NCBI GenBank assembly: GCA_002269645.1
Contig: NIVC01002134.1
Location: forward strand, 102,146-166,145
Direction of reading: 5' to 3'
DNA from: Macrostomum lignano
Taxonomy: Eukaryota
Length of the DNA: 64,000 nt
The position numbers were made by a program, and so were the translations under genes. The notes below the pieces were generated by a model that was given only the letters and a program-made list of their open reading frames with translations, searched no databases and had not been told where the DNA came from. Positions 14,301 to 26,500 of the stretch are shown here, piece after piece (within the stretch, counting starts at the first letter, position 1; every line of letters starts with the position of its first letter).

Positions 14301-17300
14301 ATGAAGTCTTGGTTGGGGGGAATTAGGAATCTGGGAATGAAGTCTTGGCTGGGGGGGAATTAGGAATCTGGGAATGAACTCTTGGCTGGGGGAATTAGGA
14401 ATCTGGGAATGAAGTCTTGGCTGGGGGAATTAGGAATCTGGGAATGAAGTATTGGTTGGGGGAATTAGGAATCTGGGAATGAAGTATTGGTTGGGGGGAA
14501 TTAGGAATCTGGGAATGAACTCTTGGCTGGGGGAATTAGGAATCTGGGAATGAAGTTTTGGCTGGGGGAATTAGGAATCTGGGAATGAAGTATTGGTTGG
14601 GGGAATTAGGAATCTGGGAATGAAGTATTGGTTGGGGGAATTAGGAATCTGGGAATGAACTCTTGGCTGGGGGAATTAGGAATCTGGGAATGAAGTTTTG
14701 GCTGGGGGAATTAGGAATCTGGGAATGAAGTCTTGGCTGGGGGAATTAGGAATCTGGGAATGGAGTCTTGGTTGGGGGGAATTAAGAATCTGGGAATGAA
14801 GTCTTGGCTGGGGGGAATTAGGAATCTGGGAATAAAGTTTTGGCTGGGGGGGGGGAATTAAGAATCTGGTAATAAAGTCTTGGCTGCGGGGAATTAAGAA
14901 TCTGGGAATGAAGTTTTGGTTGATGGAATTAAGAATCTGTGAATGCGTGAAGTTATGTCTTGGGACAAGAACTTCTAACTGCACACACTACGCAGTAGCA
15001 CCTTCTATCTTCAGCTCTTAGACGTGGTGGCTGCCTGTCTCACGGTGGATTCGGAACGCCGGCCGGACATTGTTGGCGTGGCGTCTCTCATGGCCGAGCG
15101 AGTGCTGCGCCACCTGGACCTGGTGCAGGCGCAGAAGGCCGCCGCGGATCGCCGGCTGCATCGGGAGAAACGACGAAATCGTCGACGACTGCTGCTGTTG
15201 GATGACAGCGGCGGCGGAGGCGGGGGCGGCGGTGGCGCTGCGGCGGGAGCGGGCACCGAGGCAGCCGACCATGGCGCCGGCGGCAGCACCGGCAGCGCGT
15301 CGAGAATGCCTGCCAGCGCCTCGCCAACTGTTGTCGCTTCTCCGACAACGGCGCCGTCGTCCGCTTCGGCCTCAGCAGCGTCAGCCGATTTGCCGCCGCG
15401 GCCGCGCGCCGGAACCTCAACATCGTCGGCTGCTGCATCGGCGCTGCCACCTCCAGCGGCGTCGTCTGCTTCCGGTGGGGCGGCGGCGGCAGTCGGCCAA
15501 GCAGCAGCGGCGCCCTGACGATCAGCCAGCGCCGGGTTCGACAGATTTCCGATCCCATCTTGCCGATGTTGGCTGCGCTGCACAAGCTGGCGCATCTGGC
15601 CCGCTTGCCGCCTGGCGTTGTCGGCGGCAGCGGCAGCGGCCTGGGTGACAGCAGGCGCCGTCTGTTGGACAAGTACTGCGGTGCACTGTTCTCCGCCGGA
15701 GTGTCGCCTGTTGAAGTTAAAGAAGAGGTGAGTTGCTCAAGAGCGTGGGTTACAGGAGAGTGGGTATTGAGAACGAAAGAAATTTAGATAGTTTTAGAGA
15801 ATACTGAGAAACGTAGATAGTCATTGTGTGTGAGACAGGTAGATAATCATTGTGGAGTAGATGTGGTTTTCTCGGGGTGGCCTGGTAGGTCTTTGAATCC
15901 CACCGCTGCCACCAGTGAAGTACTTATGGTTGTCTCGCTGTCCCGCTCAGTGACTCGGGCTCTCCGTCTTCTCACTCGTAGTAGCGTAGGTAGTGCTGCC
16001 ACCAGTTCCTTCAGGTCTCGCGGTGAGGTGAGCTTCCCGTCGGAACGAAATAACGAAGTCAACGAACACAGCACCAAGTGCAGATTTGCAGTTCAACGTA
16101 CTAGGCGTCTCGTCAGCGGTACCTGCCGGGCTTGGTTGGTAGAGGGAGGGCTGAGTTAGCCTCTCGTAGGCTTGGGCGCTTTAGTCGGGACTCAGTCAGA
16201 CCAATAAGAACAGAACTTAACGCACACAGATGGGCTGACACTCAGAACTCACGGTCTCGCTAGAAACTGGGAACTCAGGATCTCAGTAAACTGGAAGCTC
16301 CTTGACGGAAAAAAGGGGGAGAAGGGTCCTATTTATAGCCGGGAAACACCCACGCAGAAGACCTCGTGACTCGTTCTATTTTTAGAACTGACGTCACTTG
16401 AGGGTCCCCCGGCAGAGTGCACATGGCTGTGACTCAGTTGCTATTTTTAGCAACATGAGTCACTCCTCTCCTTAGAGAAGGGAGGGGACCGAAAGCATGT
16501 GACTCACCCGGTAAACAGGGCCAGCGAGTGCAGTAAACATGTCTACTGCACTTTAAGACTCGAAGAACTCAAAAACTGTCATGTGACTAGCTCACGAGAC
16601 AGGGTAAGCGGGACGGAAGCGAAACAGAGACAGCCAACAGCAGAGAAGCTGAAGGCTGAGAACAGAGACGCAAAGGGAGCGCAAAAGGGACAGGAGCAGA
16701 CAGACAAGGGAGCGGGAAGCTGACCAGCGGCAGACAGAAACCCACAGAGGGGGCGAGAGCAAGGGCGACTGCTGACAAAGGGCGACGCCTAACAATAAAC
16801 TAGCGGCTCACTACAATTGTGAGACGGAGGGGTAGATAATCATGTAGATAATTATTTTAAGAACACGTAGATATAAGACAGGTAGATAATTAATTGAAGA
16901 CAGGTAGATAATCAATTGAACACAGGTAGATAATCATTCTAGGACAGGTGGATAATCATTCTAGGACACTTACAGATGATCATTTTAAGACAGGTAGATA
17001 ATCATTTTAGGACAGGTAGATAATCATTCTAGGACACTTTTACAGATAATCATTTTCAGACAGGCAGATAATCATTTTAAGACAGGTAGATAATCCTTCT
17101 AGGACACTTAAAGATGATCATTTTAAGACAGGTAGATAATCATTTTAAGACAGGTAGATAATCCTTCTAGGACACTTACAGATAATCATTTTTAGACACG
17201 TATACAGATAAGTATTTTAAGACAGGTAGATAATCATTTTAAGACAGGTAGATGATCCTTCTAGGACACTTAAAGATAATCATTTTAAGACAGGTAGATA

Positions 17301-18254
17301 ATCCTTCTAGGACACTTAAAGATAATCATTTTAAGACAGGTAGATAATCCTTTTAGGACACTTTTACAGATAATCATTTTTAGACACGTATACAGATAAG
17401 TATTTTAAGACAGGTAGATAATCATTTTAAGGCAGGTAGATAATCAATTAAAGACAGGTAGATAATCATTTTAGGACAGGTAGATAATCATTTTAGAACA
17501 GGTAGGTAATCATTTTAGGACAGGTAGATAATCATTTTAAGACAGGTAGATAATCATTTTAAGACAGGTAGATAATCATTTTAAGACAGGTAGATAATCA
17601 TTTTAAGACAGGTAGATAATCATTTTAAGACAGGTAGATAATCATTTTAAGACAGGTAGATAATCATTTTAAGACAGGTAGATAATCATTTTAAGACAGG
17701 TAGATAATCATTTTAAGACAGGTAGATAATCATTTTAAGACAGGTAGATAATCATTTTAAGACAGGTAGATAATCATTTTAAGACAGGTAGATAATCATT
17801 TTAGGACACGTCTACAGATAATAATTTTAATTAAGACAGAAAAATTAATTATTGTGAGAGAAGTAGATATCCAGAGGGAACGAACAACCAATTCAATTGG
17901 AGTCCTCAACCCATCTCATTATCCCCATCCGCCCCGCAGATCCGCCGCCTTATGGGTGCCAGCCGCGACCCAGTGGAGCTGGAACTTCTTGGCGCCTCAG
18001 ACCGACTTGTTCGCCAAGCTCTGCAAGAGCAGCAGAGAGCAGCGCTTAGACTCGAACGTCTGCCCAGCGCTACAGCAGAAGACTGCGGAGCTGAGCTCAC
18101 TTACGCCGACTTGGCTCAGATGCTGGAGTCTGTACTCGAGTCCACGGAGTTTTATCACGGTCGCGCTGGCAACAGAAATTCTCAACAGCAGCAGCAGCAA
18201 CATCAAGGAGGCAGGCCGGCATTGCGCAGAGGCATCTCACTGTCAGATAGTTAG
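8309..18254 (+). CDS. NEK10: Serine/threonine kinase NEK10 (ARM repeats, kinase domain, conserved C-tail), about 1109 aa after correcting one apparent 1-nt deletion near 15478
   Basis: Exons 8309-8337, 8431-9058, 10225-10695, 11256-11636, 12094-12397, 12892-13063, 13415-13730, 15015-15727 and 17940-18254, all GT-AG with compatible phases. Kinase motifs GSGAFG, YAIKE, HRDLSPNN, DFG, CPE. NEK10-typical segments RALRFLFSLERNR, FIDIGHY, SQRRVRQISDPI and LTYADLAQMLESVLES. Confidence 0.92.
9160..10130. repeat. 31-32-bp minisatellite, NEK10 intron 2
   Basis: Unit GAGACTGTAACACACCGTTAATGATGTGTCA(A), decaying toward 10130. Confidence 0.95.
10880..11165. repeat. About 42-bp minisatellite, NEK10 intron 3
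   Basis: Unit CCCTAATTCTAAGAATCCGAATCCCAAATCTGAGAATTCCAA. Confidence 0.9.
13133..13320. repeat. 15-bp minisatellite, NEK10 intron 6
   Basis: Unit CCTGGTGCTAAAGCC; same family as 31950-32425 in the opposite orientation. Confidence 0.93.
13747..14940. repeat. 35-38-bp G-rich minisatellite, NEK10 intron 7
   Basis: Unit GGGGGAATTAGGAATCTGGGAATGAAGTCTTGGCT; length varies in the G run. Confidence 0.96.
15853..16815 (-). mobile_element. Solo LTR (963 bp) in NEK10 intron 8
   Basis: Minus-strand termini TGTAGTG...CTACTCCA; 4-bp TSD ATTG at 15849-15852 and 16816-16819. TATA (CTATAAATA) near 16330 and TGACGTCA / TGA(C/G)TCA motifs. A homologous 5' portion lies at 55379-55978. Confidence 0.8.
16840..17815. 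repeat. 22-bp minisatellite, NEK10 intron 8
   Basis: Unit GACAGGTAGATAATCATTTTAA. A partial unit at about 15835-15850 shows the LTR inserted into the edge of the array. Confidence 0.95.
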
Positions 18255-18336
18255 ATTTCAGTAAACCATAAAGTTTTCATTCGAAGCAAATAACTTTGAG
18301 TTCGTGCTTACAAATATAATGATAATATTCACAGTA

Positions 18337-18512
18337 AGGGTTGTGCGCACCCTGGCGCACTTTAAGCGACATTACTCGTACTCCCCTGAGCAGGCATACA
18401 AGCGCGCGGATACGTACGCAGGCACACACACAGGAGTGTACAGCGGCCCTAACTTTATATTATCGTTAGGCATGTACACTTCACTGCGCCTTGGGGGGTT
18501 GGCTCTCCAGGG
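18337..18512 (-). mobile_element. 5'-truncated SINE copy (family of 29291-29590)
   Basis: Shares CACCCTGGCGCACTTTAAGCGACATT...CAGGAGTGTACAGCGGCCCTAACTTTAT...GGCATGTACACTTCACTG with 29291-29500 but lacks the tRNA head. Confidence 0.75.
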
Positions 18513-19274
18513 CGGTAATTGCACGAGCAGAGCCAAGCCGAGATTCCAATTTACGATCCCCTCTACCACTGAGCTTAGTATTTACAATATTTAATGAGTT
18601 GAAAATCGGTTATGAAATACAAAGGAAGTTTTCTGCATAGTTAGTAAGGTCTAAACAAGATCAAACTGATGTTATGATCACCCATTGCAGAAGCAGAAAA
18701 TTTTCCCATCTTTGTTTCATTTGAATTTTGTCGTATTTTAATGCTGTTTTTCTCTTTCGTACTACTCATTTCTGTAGTATAGTTTGAAGTATCAGTGCAA
18801 CAAGTTTAAAGATGTGAAGAATTTTTTAACATTTCAAATACTGAGTTGCTTTCCAAGATCATTTTATTTCTGTGGCCTTCAAATCTGCTGTGAATGTAAT
18901 TTTGTAGTGCGCTTAGACTTACAATTTAGATTTAATAGACCTATATCGCATTCGATGCATGCTTTGAATATTATCAATTTGCACTACTGCAAAAACCGGC
19001 CACTGAGTAGCGTAATGAGAGTTTTCTACTCAGATTTTTACACGTATTCAAAATAATATTCCGTCCGTAAATCAAAAGCTGTATTTCATTGTTTGGTCGT
19101 TTGCGCTTTTCCTCAATTTTTTCTGCATGAAAATTTTTCTCGGCATTTTTATTAATAACTCTATGCTTTCTCTATCGTCACATTTCTGTTTTGAAAGTAT
19201 AAACACATTCCTTACCCTGGCTACAGTTCACCTCATTTGTGCTATCACTCCGTGTGCATCAATCTAACTCGCAC

Positions 19275-19512
19275 CAGTCACCATAGCTAGACACCCGCCA
19301 CCCCAATGTACACACGCCCCAGTCAGTATAGCTAGACACCCGCCACCCCAATGTACACACGCCCTAGTCAGTATAGCTAGACACCCGCAACCCCAATGTA
19401 CACACGCCCTATTCAGTATAGCTAGACACCCGCAACCCCAATGTACACACGCCCCAGTCAGTATAGCTAGACACCCACCACCCCAATGTACACACGCCCC
19501 AGTCAGTAGCCC
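19275..19512. repeat. 45-bp tandem repeat, about 5 copies
   Basis: Unit TATAGCTAGACACCCGCCACCCCAATGTACACACGCCCCAGTCAG. Confidence 0.93.
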
Positions 19513-20510
19513 AGACATGGTACTAAATTCAACTCAAATATCATTACTCAATTCTTTCTAATTCGCCGCCCGTCCACAGGAAGAAAATTATGCGACTTTA
19601 ATAATTTATTTTGTTATAATTGAGACTTTATTAAAAGCTTCTCTGTTTTCCTTACGCTGCTTCCTGTTGTGCTTATAATTGCCTAGTTTAATAAATATTA
19701 TCTGTTAAGTTGAATGTCGTACATTTTCTTTGTTTCAAATCTATGTAGGTTAATTTTTAGCGTAGTTTAATATTAACTTAGTGTTTTATTTTCAAAAAAA
19801 TGTTAATTAGTTGAAACTCCGTCCATAATAACTGTGCGCAAGTGCCTTGATTGACATTGTATTGGTGGTATTCTCCTCATGCATGTGAGTTGGGAAATAA
19901 ATTAATATGAAGCATTGGAGAGGCCACCGATATACTCTCGTATTATTGTGCTCCAGTTGTGTAGTCATAAATGATCCCCTTGGAACCTGTTATTGTTTTG
20001 AATTTAGATTATTTGTAAGGGTTTTAAGGATTCGCCACAGATAAAGATGATTTTATTTAATGTTATAGCCACAATCTGGTAAATTATTCGAAAAAGACCC
20101 TTTTTATCTTCTAGTCCAGATGCTGTTTCTAGAACTCCACGGCTGGCTAACTGAAACACGTGGCTATACTTTGCACTTTTCAGAGTTAAGAAATCTCGCA
20201 AAGTTTGCTGTTGCTGATACCTAACCTTGGTGTGTTTGCTCAAGCGAAAGATGAATATAGTTTAAAGCGCAGGTACAGAAGCATAAACCAGCTATCGAAA
20301 GTTTCTTTTTTATCTTATCTATTACTTCGCAATGGCTTGAATGCCGATTGCCGAGGTTTCTCTGTGCCATGGTCGCCGTATCAGGGAAAGTTCTTGAAAG
20401 AAACTAGTTATAAAGGCACTTTAGATTCAGCAGGCTACTTTGCTTAAGAGACAGTGGTAAAGGTCAAGACGAACCTTTCAAACCGCAACGCTACGTAGGC
20501 CACGGAAACA

Positions 20511-23500
20511 ATGGGAGTCTTGCAATGGATGCACGCAATCTCTGTGCTGTTGGCGTTGGGTACCGCGCATCCAGCTGCTGCGGATATCTGCACCATCACT
20601 ACAGGTTCCGGTGAGCATATGGAGTCATTAGCGGTTGACAGAAAAACCTGCTAAATAACTATTTGTCACTATAAGGATTCCATCGTAATATAGCTTGTAC
20701 TGTAACCGACTATTGATGTAGAAAATGCAAGATAATCAGATAAAAATACTACTAGCTGGGAGAATAGTTAAATTTACAGGCGGAAACTATAAAGGCACTA
20801 CATGTAAGACAGCTCAACATGATGATAGACTAGCAACTTGACGATTAGAAAAGCGCAAAGATACTAAGACAGAATTGACACTAAGACACTCGGACACTAA
20901 GACCCAGGAAACTAAAACATTAAGAAACTAGAACAGATAGACGCTAGAACAGATAGACTCTAGGACAGATAGACACTGGACAGATAGACACTAGGACAGT
21001 TAGACACTAGGACAGATAGACGCGCGTCGCTTTTTCAATCTCCTACTGAAAAATCCAGAATACTAGTACACTGAGACAAAGTTATGCTATGCACAGACAG
21101 ACAAAGTGACTGACAGCCAGCAAAATAGAATAGAATAGAATAGAAGAAATATAAATAAACATAAATAAGAAATATAAATAGAATAGAATAAAATAGCCAG
21201 TATCCCGCTGTCATGCCTCCCCGAAAAAAATTTACAACCGCGTGCAGAGAAGCTGCCATCGGCTCCGAAGCGATTCCACATCACCATGGCAACAGTGAGC
21301 CAACCGGGAGACTTCGTCGGGCACGCATCGCTGATGGTCGATGAAGAGATGGGCCGAGCCGCCGTTAATGCCGAGAATTTTTTTAGTAACGACGAAGAGT
21401 TCAAAGTTATTTACGATATGGCAAGCGATCAAGTAATGCTGATCGATCGGAAAGCTGACGAGTTTCAAATTGGTAGGTTTTCGAAATCTGTGGTCTTTTT
21501 TCTTCCTATATTAAGGGGAGAGCAGAGGCAGAGGGAGAGAGTAAGGCAGGACGCGGGTGAGGGAGAGGGAGAGAGAAGAAGGGAGGGAGAGAGGGAGAGG
21601 GTGAGAGGAGGAGGGAGAGAGTGAAAGGGAGAGAGGAGAAAGGAGAGAGAGAGGAGGAGGGAGAGAGGAGAATGGAGAGAGAGGAGGGAGAGGGAGTGGA
21701 GGAGGGAGAGAGGGAGAGAGGAGAAGGGAGGGAGAGAGGAGGAAGGAGAGAGAGAGGAGGAAGGAGAGAGAGGGAGAGAGGAGAAGGGAGGGAGAGAGGA
21801 GGAGGGAGAGAGGGAGAGAGGAGAAGGGAGGGAGAGAGGAGGAAGGAGAGAGAGAGGAGGAGGAAGGAGAGAGAGGGAGAGAGAAGAAGGGAGGGAGAGA
21901 GGAGGAGGGAGAAAGAAAGGAGGGAGAGAGAGAAAGGGAGAGGGAGATTGGAATTCCCGTTCTGAAATTTCTTATTGCAATGCTCTTGTTCCAAGCTTTC
22001 CCCTTTAGGCTTACACAATTTGCACTGTTCCAGCACTCAGTTAAAGATACCGATAGCGTGACGCATCCACCATTTTATAAGCAAAGATATTTGGGTTTGT
22101 CGATTTAGGGTTAGAATTGGGGCTTTATCTTACGGTCAATAGTTAACTGCTTATTTTTAATAATTAACTCATCGGCATTATGAGAGCCTTTAATAGGCAA
22201 GTATATATTTGAGTATTTTAATCAGGCCTATTAATATGGGCTCGTAAACGAACTCGGCATCCGGCTTATCGTGTCATTTTCGCTCATGGGGACGAAACAC
22301 CAGGATACAAATATAGGACTAATACAGAAATACAGGAATATGCAAAGTTCCATTATCATTAACCATGATGAACAACTGAAATAGGAGGAGCAACTACACT
22401 CTAGTATGCTCTAGAGAACGCATTGCGTGGACGTCGCTGGCAGTTGGGTTTTTTTACATTACACCGATAGATAATGACGTCATGCGTGGGCTGAACGTCG
22501 ATATACCTTAGCGCCGTGTCTCTTGCTCCTTCAATCTGTGCATGATTAGGTTAGTCTACGACCAGAACTCTTAGGACCCTTGGGATACATGAAGATTGTT
22601 GCGTCAACAATTAGCTATGTCTTTATGCATGTAACGTAATGATAACGACTGCTACATGGAGCAGTCTCTTCGTGTGGCAAAATCCTATTTTCAGTTGTGT
22701 GGTTAATCCTCCCTCGGACAGCGACGTGGATGGATGTCGGGTTGTTAAACGGGCTAAACACCCCAGCAATACGACAAATATACGTTATTTACTGGCCGCC
22801 CACTGATTTCTAGGAAAATTGAGTTTAGCGTTCTTCCATTTAAGTTGTTCATCGCATGCACACACACTAGATATCTCGCCGGGACGTGGGTATCGTCTAC
22901 TAATTTGCGTCAGTACCAAACAAATCGGCGTCGAGCTTTCGACCGAGCATCTTCGAACCTGCAATTTCAGACAACTGTCAGCTCCAGACGTCTGGTAGCA
23001 GCAATTTTCAACTAATGGCCAAAATCAACAACAAAGGCGCAGACAGAATGGTTCCGAGTGGAAAGTTTCTGACGCCTCCGGAGGAGCTGAGAATTGATAA
23101 AGATTCAAATACGGTAAATTCTATAATTTAGTAAACATGATCTTGGGATCCATTGCCTGTCCATTAGAACACTATTCAACTAATTGTAGGAAATTAACGG
23201 AATTCAAACAACGCCATATCGAGCATGCTACAGCGATTCTCTAGCGACCGTCGAAGTAACTTGGTGGTATCCAATTGGTAAGTGAGCAACTTGTGAAAAT
23301 CTCCTGCAGATGTAAAGATTTTCAAGCCAATTTATTTAACCATCGCATCAGGATCCGACTCTCCGATTCAAATCAAAAGCATGTACCAGTTGAAGTCAGG
23401 TGGAAATGTCGTTACAACTACCTTCACGCCAACTCCAATGCGGAATCTGTCAGAGAAACACGACGCTATGCGGCATCCGCTGATGGTAGGATAGATGTAT

Positions 23501-26500
23501 TTTGTTGTCACTGATGCGTTTTATGTGCTAAATTGATAGATACGAGCGTAAATTTTAGTGCTGAAAAGTACGGCAGAGACTGGTACAGGGAGTATTTTGG
23601 ATAATCCTAGTCGTTGCCACTGTCTCCTAGTGGTCGCCACTGTCTCCTAGTGGTCGCCACTGTCTCCTAGTGGTCGCCACTGTCCAAGAGGAGACAAAAG
23701 TTGAGCTCCTGTCATTTGTTGGGCTTGATTACCTCTTATTTAGTTTTTTTTGTTGGGGCGATTAAGGAGCGGGGATGTGGCTCACGATGTAGTATACTTA
23801 TTCTCATAGTTGTCAAAGCGACTGTCAACTTAAGTTCCGGTATCGAGTCCAAGGTGAATCACCCAATTCCGTATCCTCTGAACGCCCCATCCGGCAAGTT
23901 ATCGATTGCTTCGGACTCCACTCCGGCCTCTAAGTTGACACTCCTTTGACATTTCCTTCAAAAAGAATCCGAATTTTAACTTTTTCTCCCTTTACTTTGG
24001 AAAATATACAGGCTCCAAAAGGAGTATACTGCAAAGACATGGTCTCAAGCAAGAAAGCACCCGAGCCAAATAACCGATTCGGTTTTAGCGTTGAAGAGTT
24101 TGTCGGTAAGTTTACTAAGTTGCATTTGAACTACGAGCATACTTAAGATAGCTGCACTGCATTCGACCATATGAAATTTCTGCAGTACACAGTCATATTA
24201 CTTTGGGGCTGGTGCCTCAAGACGCATAGTGTACCGGTGTAAACGCCTGACCATTAGAAAGTCAGGACTGCTGTATAACCTGTATGAACGACTGTACACT
24301 TGACTAGCAGGAGTGTCTGAAACTCCCCTGAGCTCCCCAAACTAACTTGCTAAAATTTCAACTGCTTAAGCTATAGCACTATGTGTTTTAATATAACACT
24401 ACAACACTTCAACACTAAGTATGCTTCTATTGTCTATGGCAGTTGTTAATAATCAAATACAGTTCGACAGCGCGAAGCTAAGAAGCCAGAGCGGCATTTC
24501 CTATCGATAGCTTCACACTTTCGTTCCACTGCAATTATCTGCTTTTTCATAGTTGTAGCACCCGCTACAAAGTGGTAGCAGAGCGTGCGATAACACCATC
24601 TGGCTTACCTTACGATGCCCAGCAAACGCAGCAAGCGACAAACGGTGGCCAACACCACCGGCTCTACGTCTACTACAGAGAGGGACACAGCCTCGACGGC
24701 CCAAGAGTCGATTAACCGTGGCACGGTCCGCCCACCACCATTCTACCGCAAAGCGCCCGATGTCTGGTTCCGCCAACTGGAATCTCAGTTTGTCTTGGCC
24801 CGCATCACCTGTCCAACGACAAAGTTTCATCACGCTCTGTCCGCACTGCCGGAAGACGTCGCCTGCGACATTGCCGATGTAGAGGACGATTACGAAGCAC
24901 TGAAGTCAGCTGTGACGGAACTACTCCGGGCCAACCGCCACCAGCGCATCGAAGAAGCGCTCGCTGCGGTCGAGCTCGGTGACCGCCGTCCTACACAGCT
25001 AGTTACGGACATTCGACGGCGCTTCTCCGAAGTTGGCCTGCAGGTCGACGACTCGATCGTCAAGTCCCGCCTGCTGTCCGCCCTTCCCGGCAACATCCGT
25101 TCAGCGCTCGTCGGCCACGAATCTGAAGCACTCGACAACTTCGCAAGGATCGCTGACAGCATGTTGGCAGTCGCCGGTCCCACGACACCATTCCACACAA
25201 TCGCGCGAGCTACCGCTGCACCGTCAGCCCCTTCGCCAGGCAACGCCCGTGAGGCACGACCCCAGCGACGCACCCGACAGTCAAGGCAGAAGGTCTGCAA
25301 CGGCCACATCTACTACGGCGCAGAGGCTCGCACCTGCCGACCATGGTGCCAGTGGCCCGGACCAAAGCCACAACGCGTGCTCAAGAGCCGTCAGGCTACG
25401 CCGGCACAGTCGCGCGCCGCCAGTCCAACAAACGCGTAGGTCATGCGCCAGGGCCGAGCCATGACCTCAACGAGGCCGCTTCCTTGTTGTTACCCTGTAA
25501 ATTGTTCGGAAAAACGGTTCGTTTTGTTGTGGACACCGGTGCTGAGCGCTCCCTGCTGCCTTTGGACCTTGCACCTCGCCACCTGCTGGCACCCACGCAG
25601 GTCCGGCTACGCAGCGTCGATGGTCGCGAATTTAGTACTCTCGGTCAGTGCTCACTGTCTGTCGCAGTCCCAGAGCTACGCCGCCTGTTTCCCGCGAACT
25701 TCATCGTTGCTGATACACCGCCGATTCTGGGAGCCGACTTCCTGGCTAAGTTCGGTCTCCTAATTGACATGCGGAACAGACGTCTGCATGACCCGACTAC
25801 TCAACTTCATGCAGCTCTTCAAGCAATAGCAGACTCAGCCCCACAGGTGCTAGCAACATCGGAGTGTTAGCGACACCCCTCGATGCTTTCCCGCAGCTAG
25901 CAGAAGCCCCAGACTATTCGTCCGCACCTTCGTCTAGCACAGTCAGCCACCAGATAATTACCGACAGCAAGCCGCTATTCTGCCGACCTCGTCCACTCCC
26001 TCCAGCCAAGTTCGATGCAGCGAAGGCGGAGTTTGACAAACTGCTGCAGCTCGGCATCGTGCGACCTTCCGCCAGTCCATGGGCGTCCCCTCTTCACATG
26101 GTGAAGAAGAAGGACGGCTCGTGGCGTCCCTGCGGCGACTACCGCGCACTCAACGCAGTAACCAAGCCAGATCGCTACCCGATACCCCACATCGGACACT
26201 TTCACCATCGACTCCACGGGTCACGGGTTTTCAGTAAGCTTGACCTTGTCAAAGCTTACCACTTCGTACCCATTGCGGCGGAGGACATAGAGAAGACTGC
26301 AGTTTGCACGCCATTCGGTTCGTTTGAGTATCTGCGCATGCCATTCGGACTACGCAACGCAGCCAGTACCTTTCAACGGTTCGTCGACGCGATTTTCCGC
26401 GACATGCCATTCGTGGTCACCTACATTGACGATATTCTGATCCACAGCACCTGCCGCGAGGAGCACGAGGCACATCTACATGCCGTACTGCAACGCCTGT

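Noticed and set aside
15471-15490. Programmed -1 frameshift or an 18-nt GT-AG intron in NEK10
   Set aside because: There is no slippery heptamer, and the 18-nt segment is too short and would not change the frame.
15011-15672. Several overlapping long ORFs on both strands
   Set aside because: GC-rich NEK10 exon 8; only the two frames matching NEK10 carry conserved motifs.
20004-20447. ORFs 20004-20243 and 20205-20447
   Set aside because: No recognisable motif or splice context; cannot be supported.
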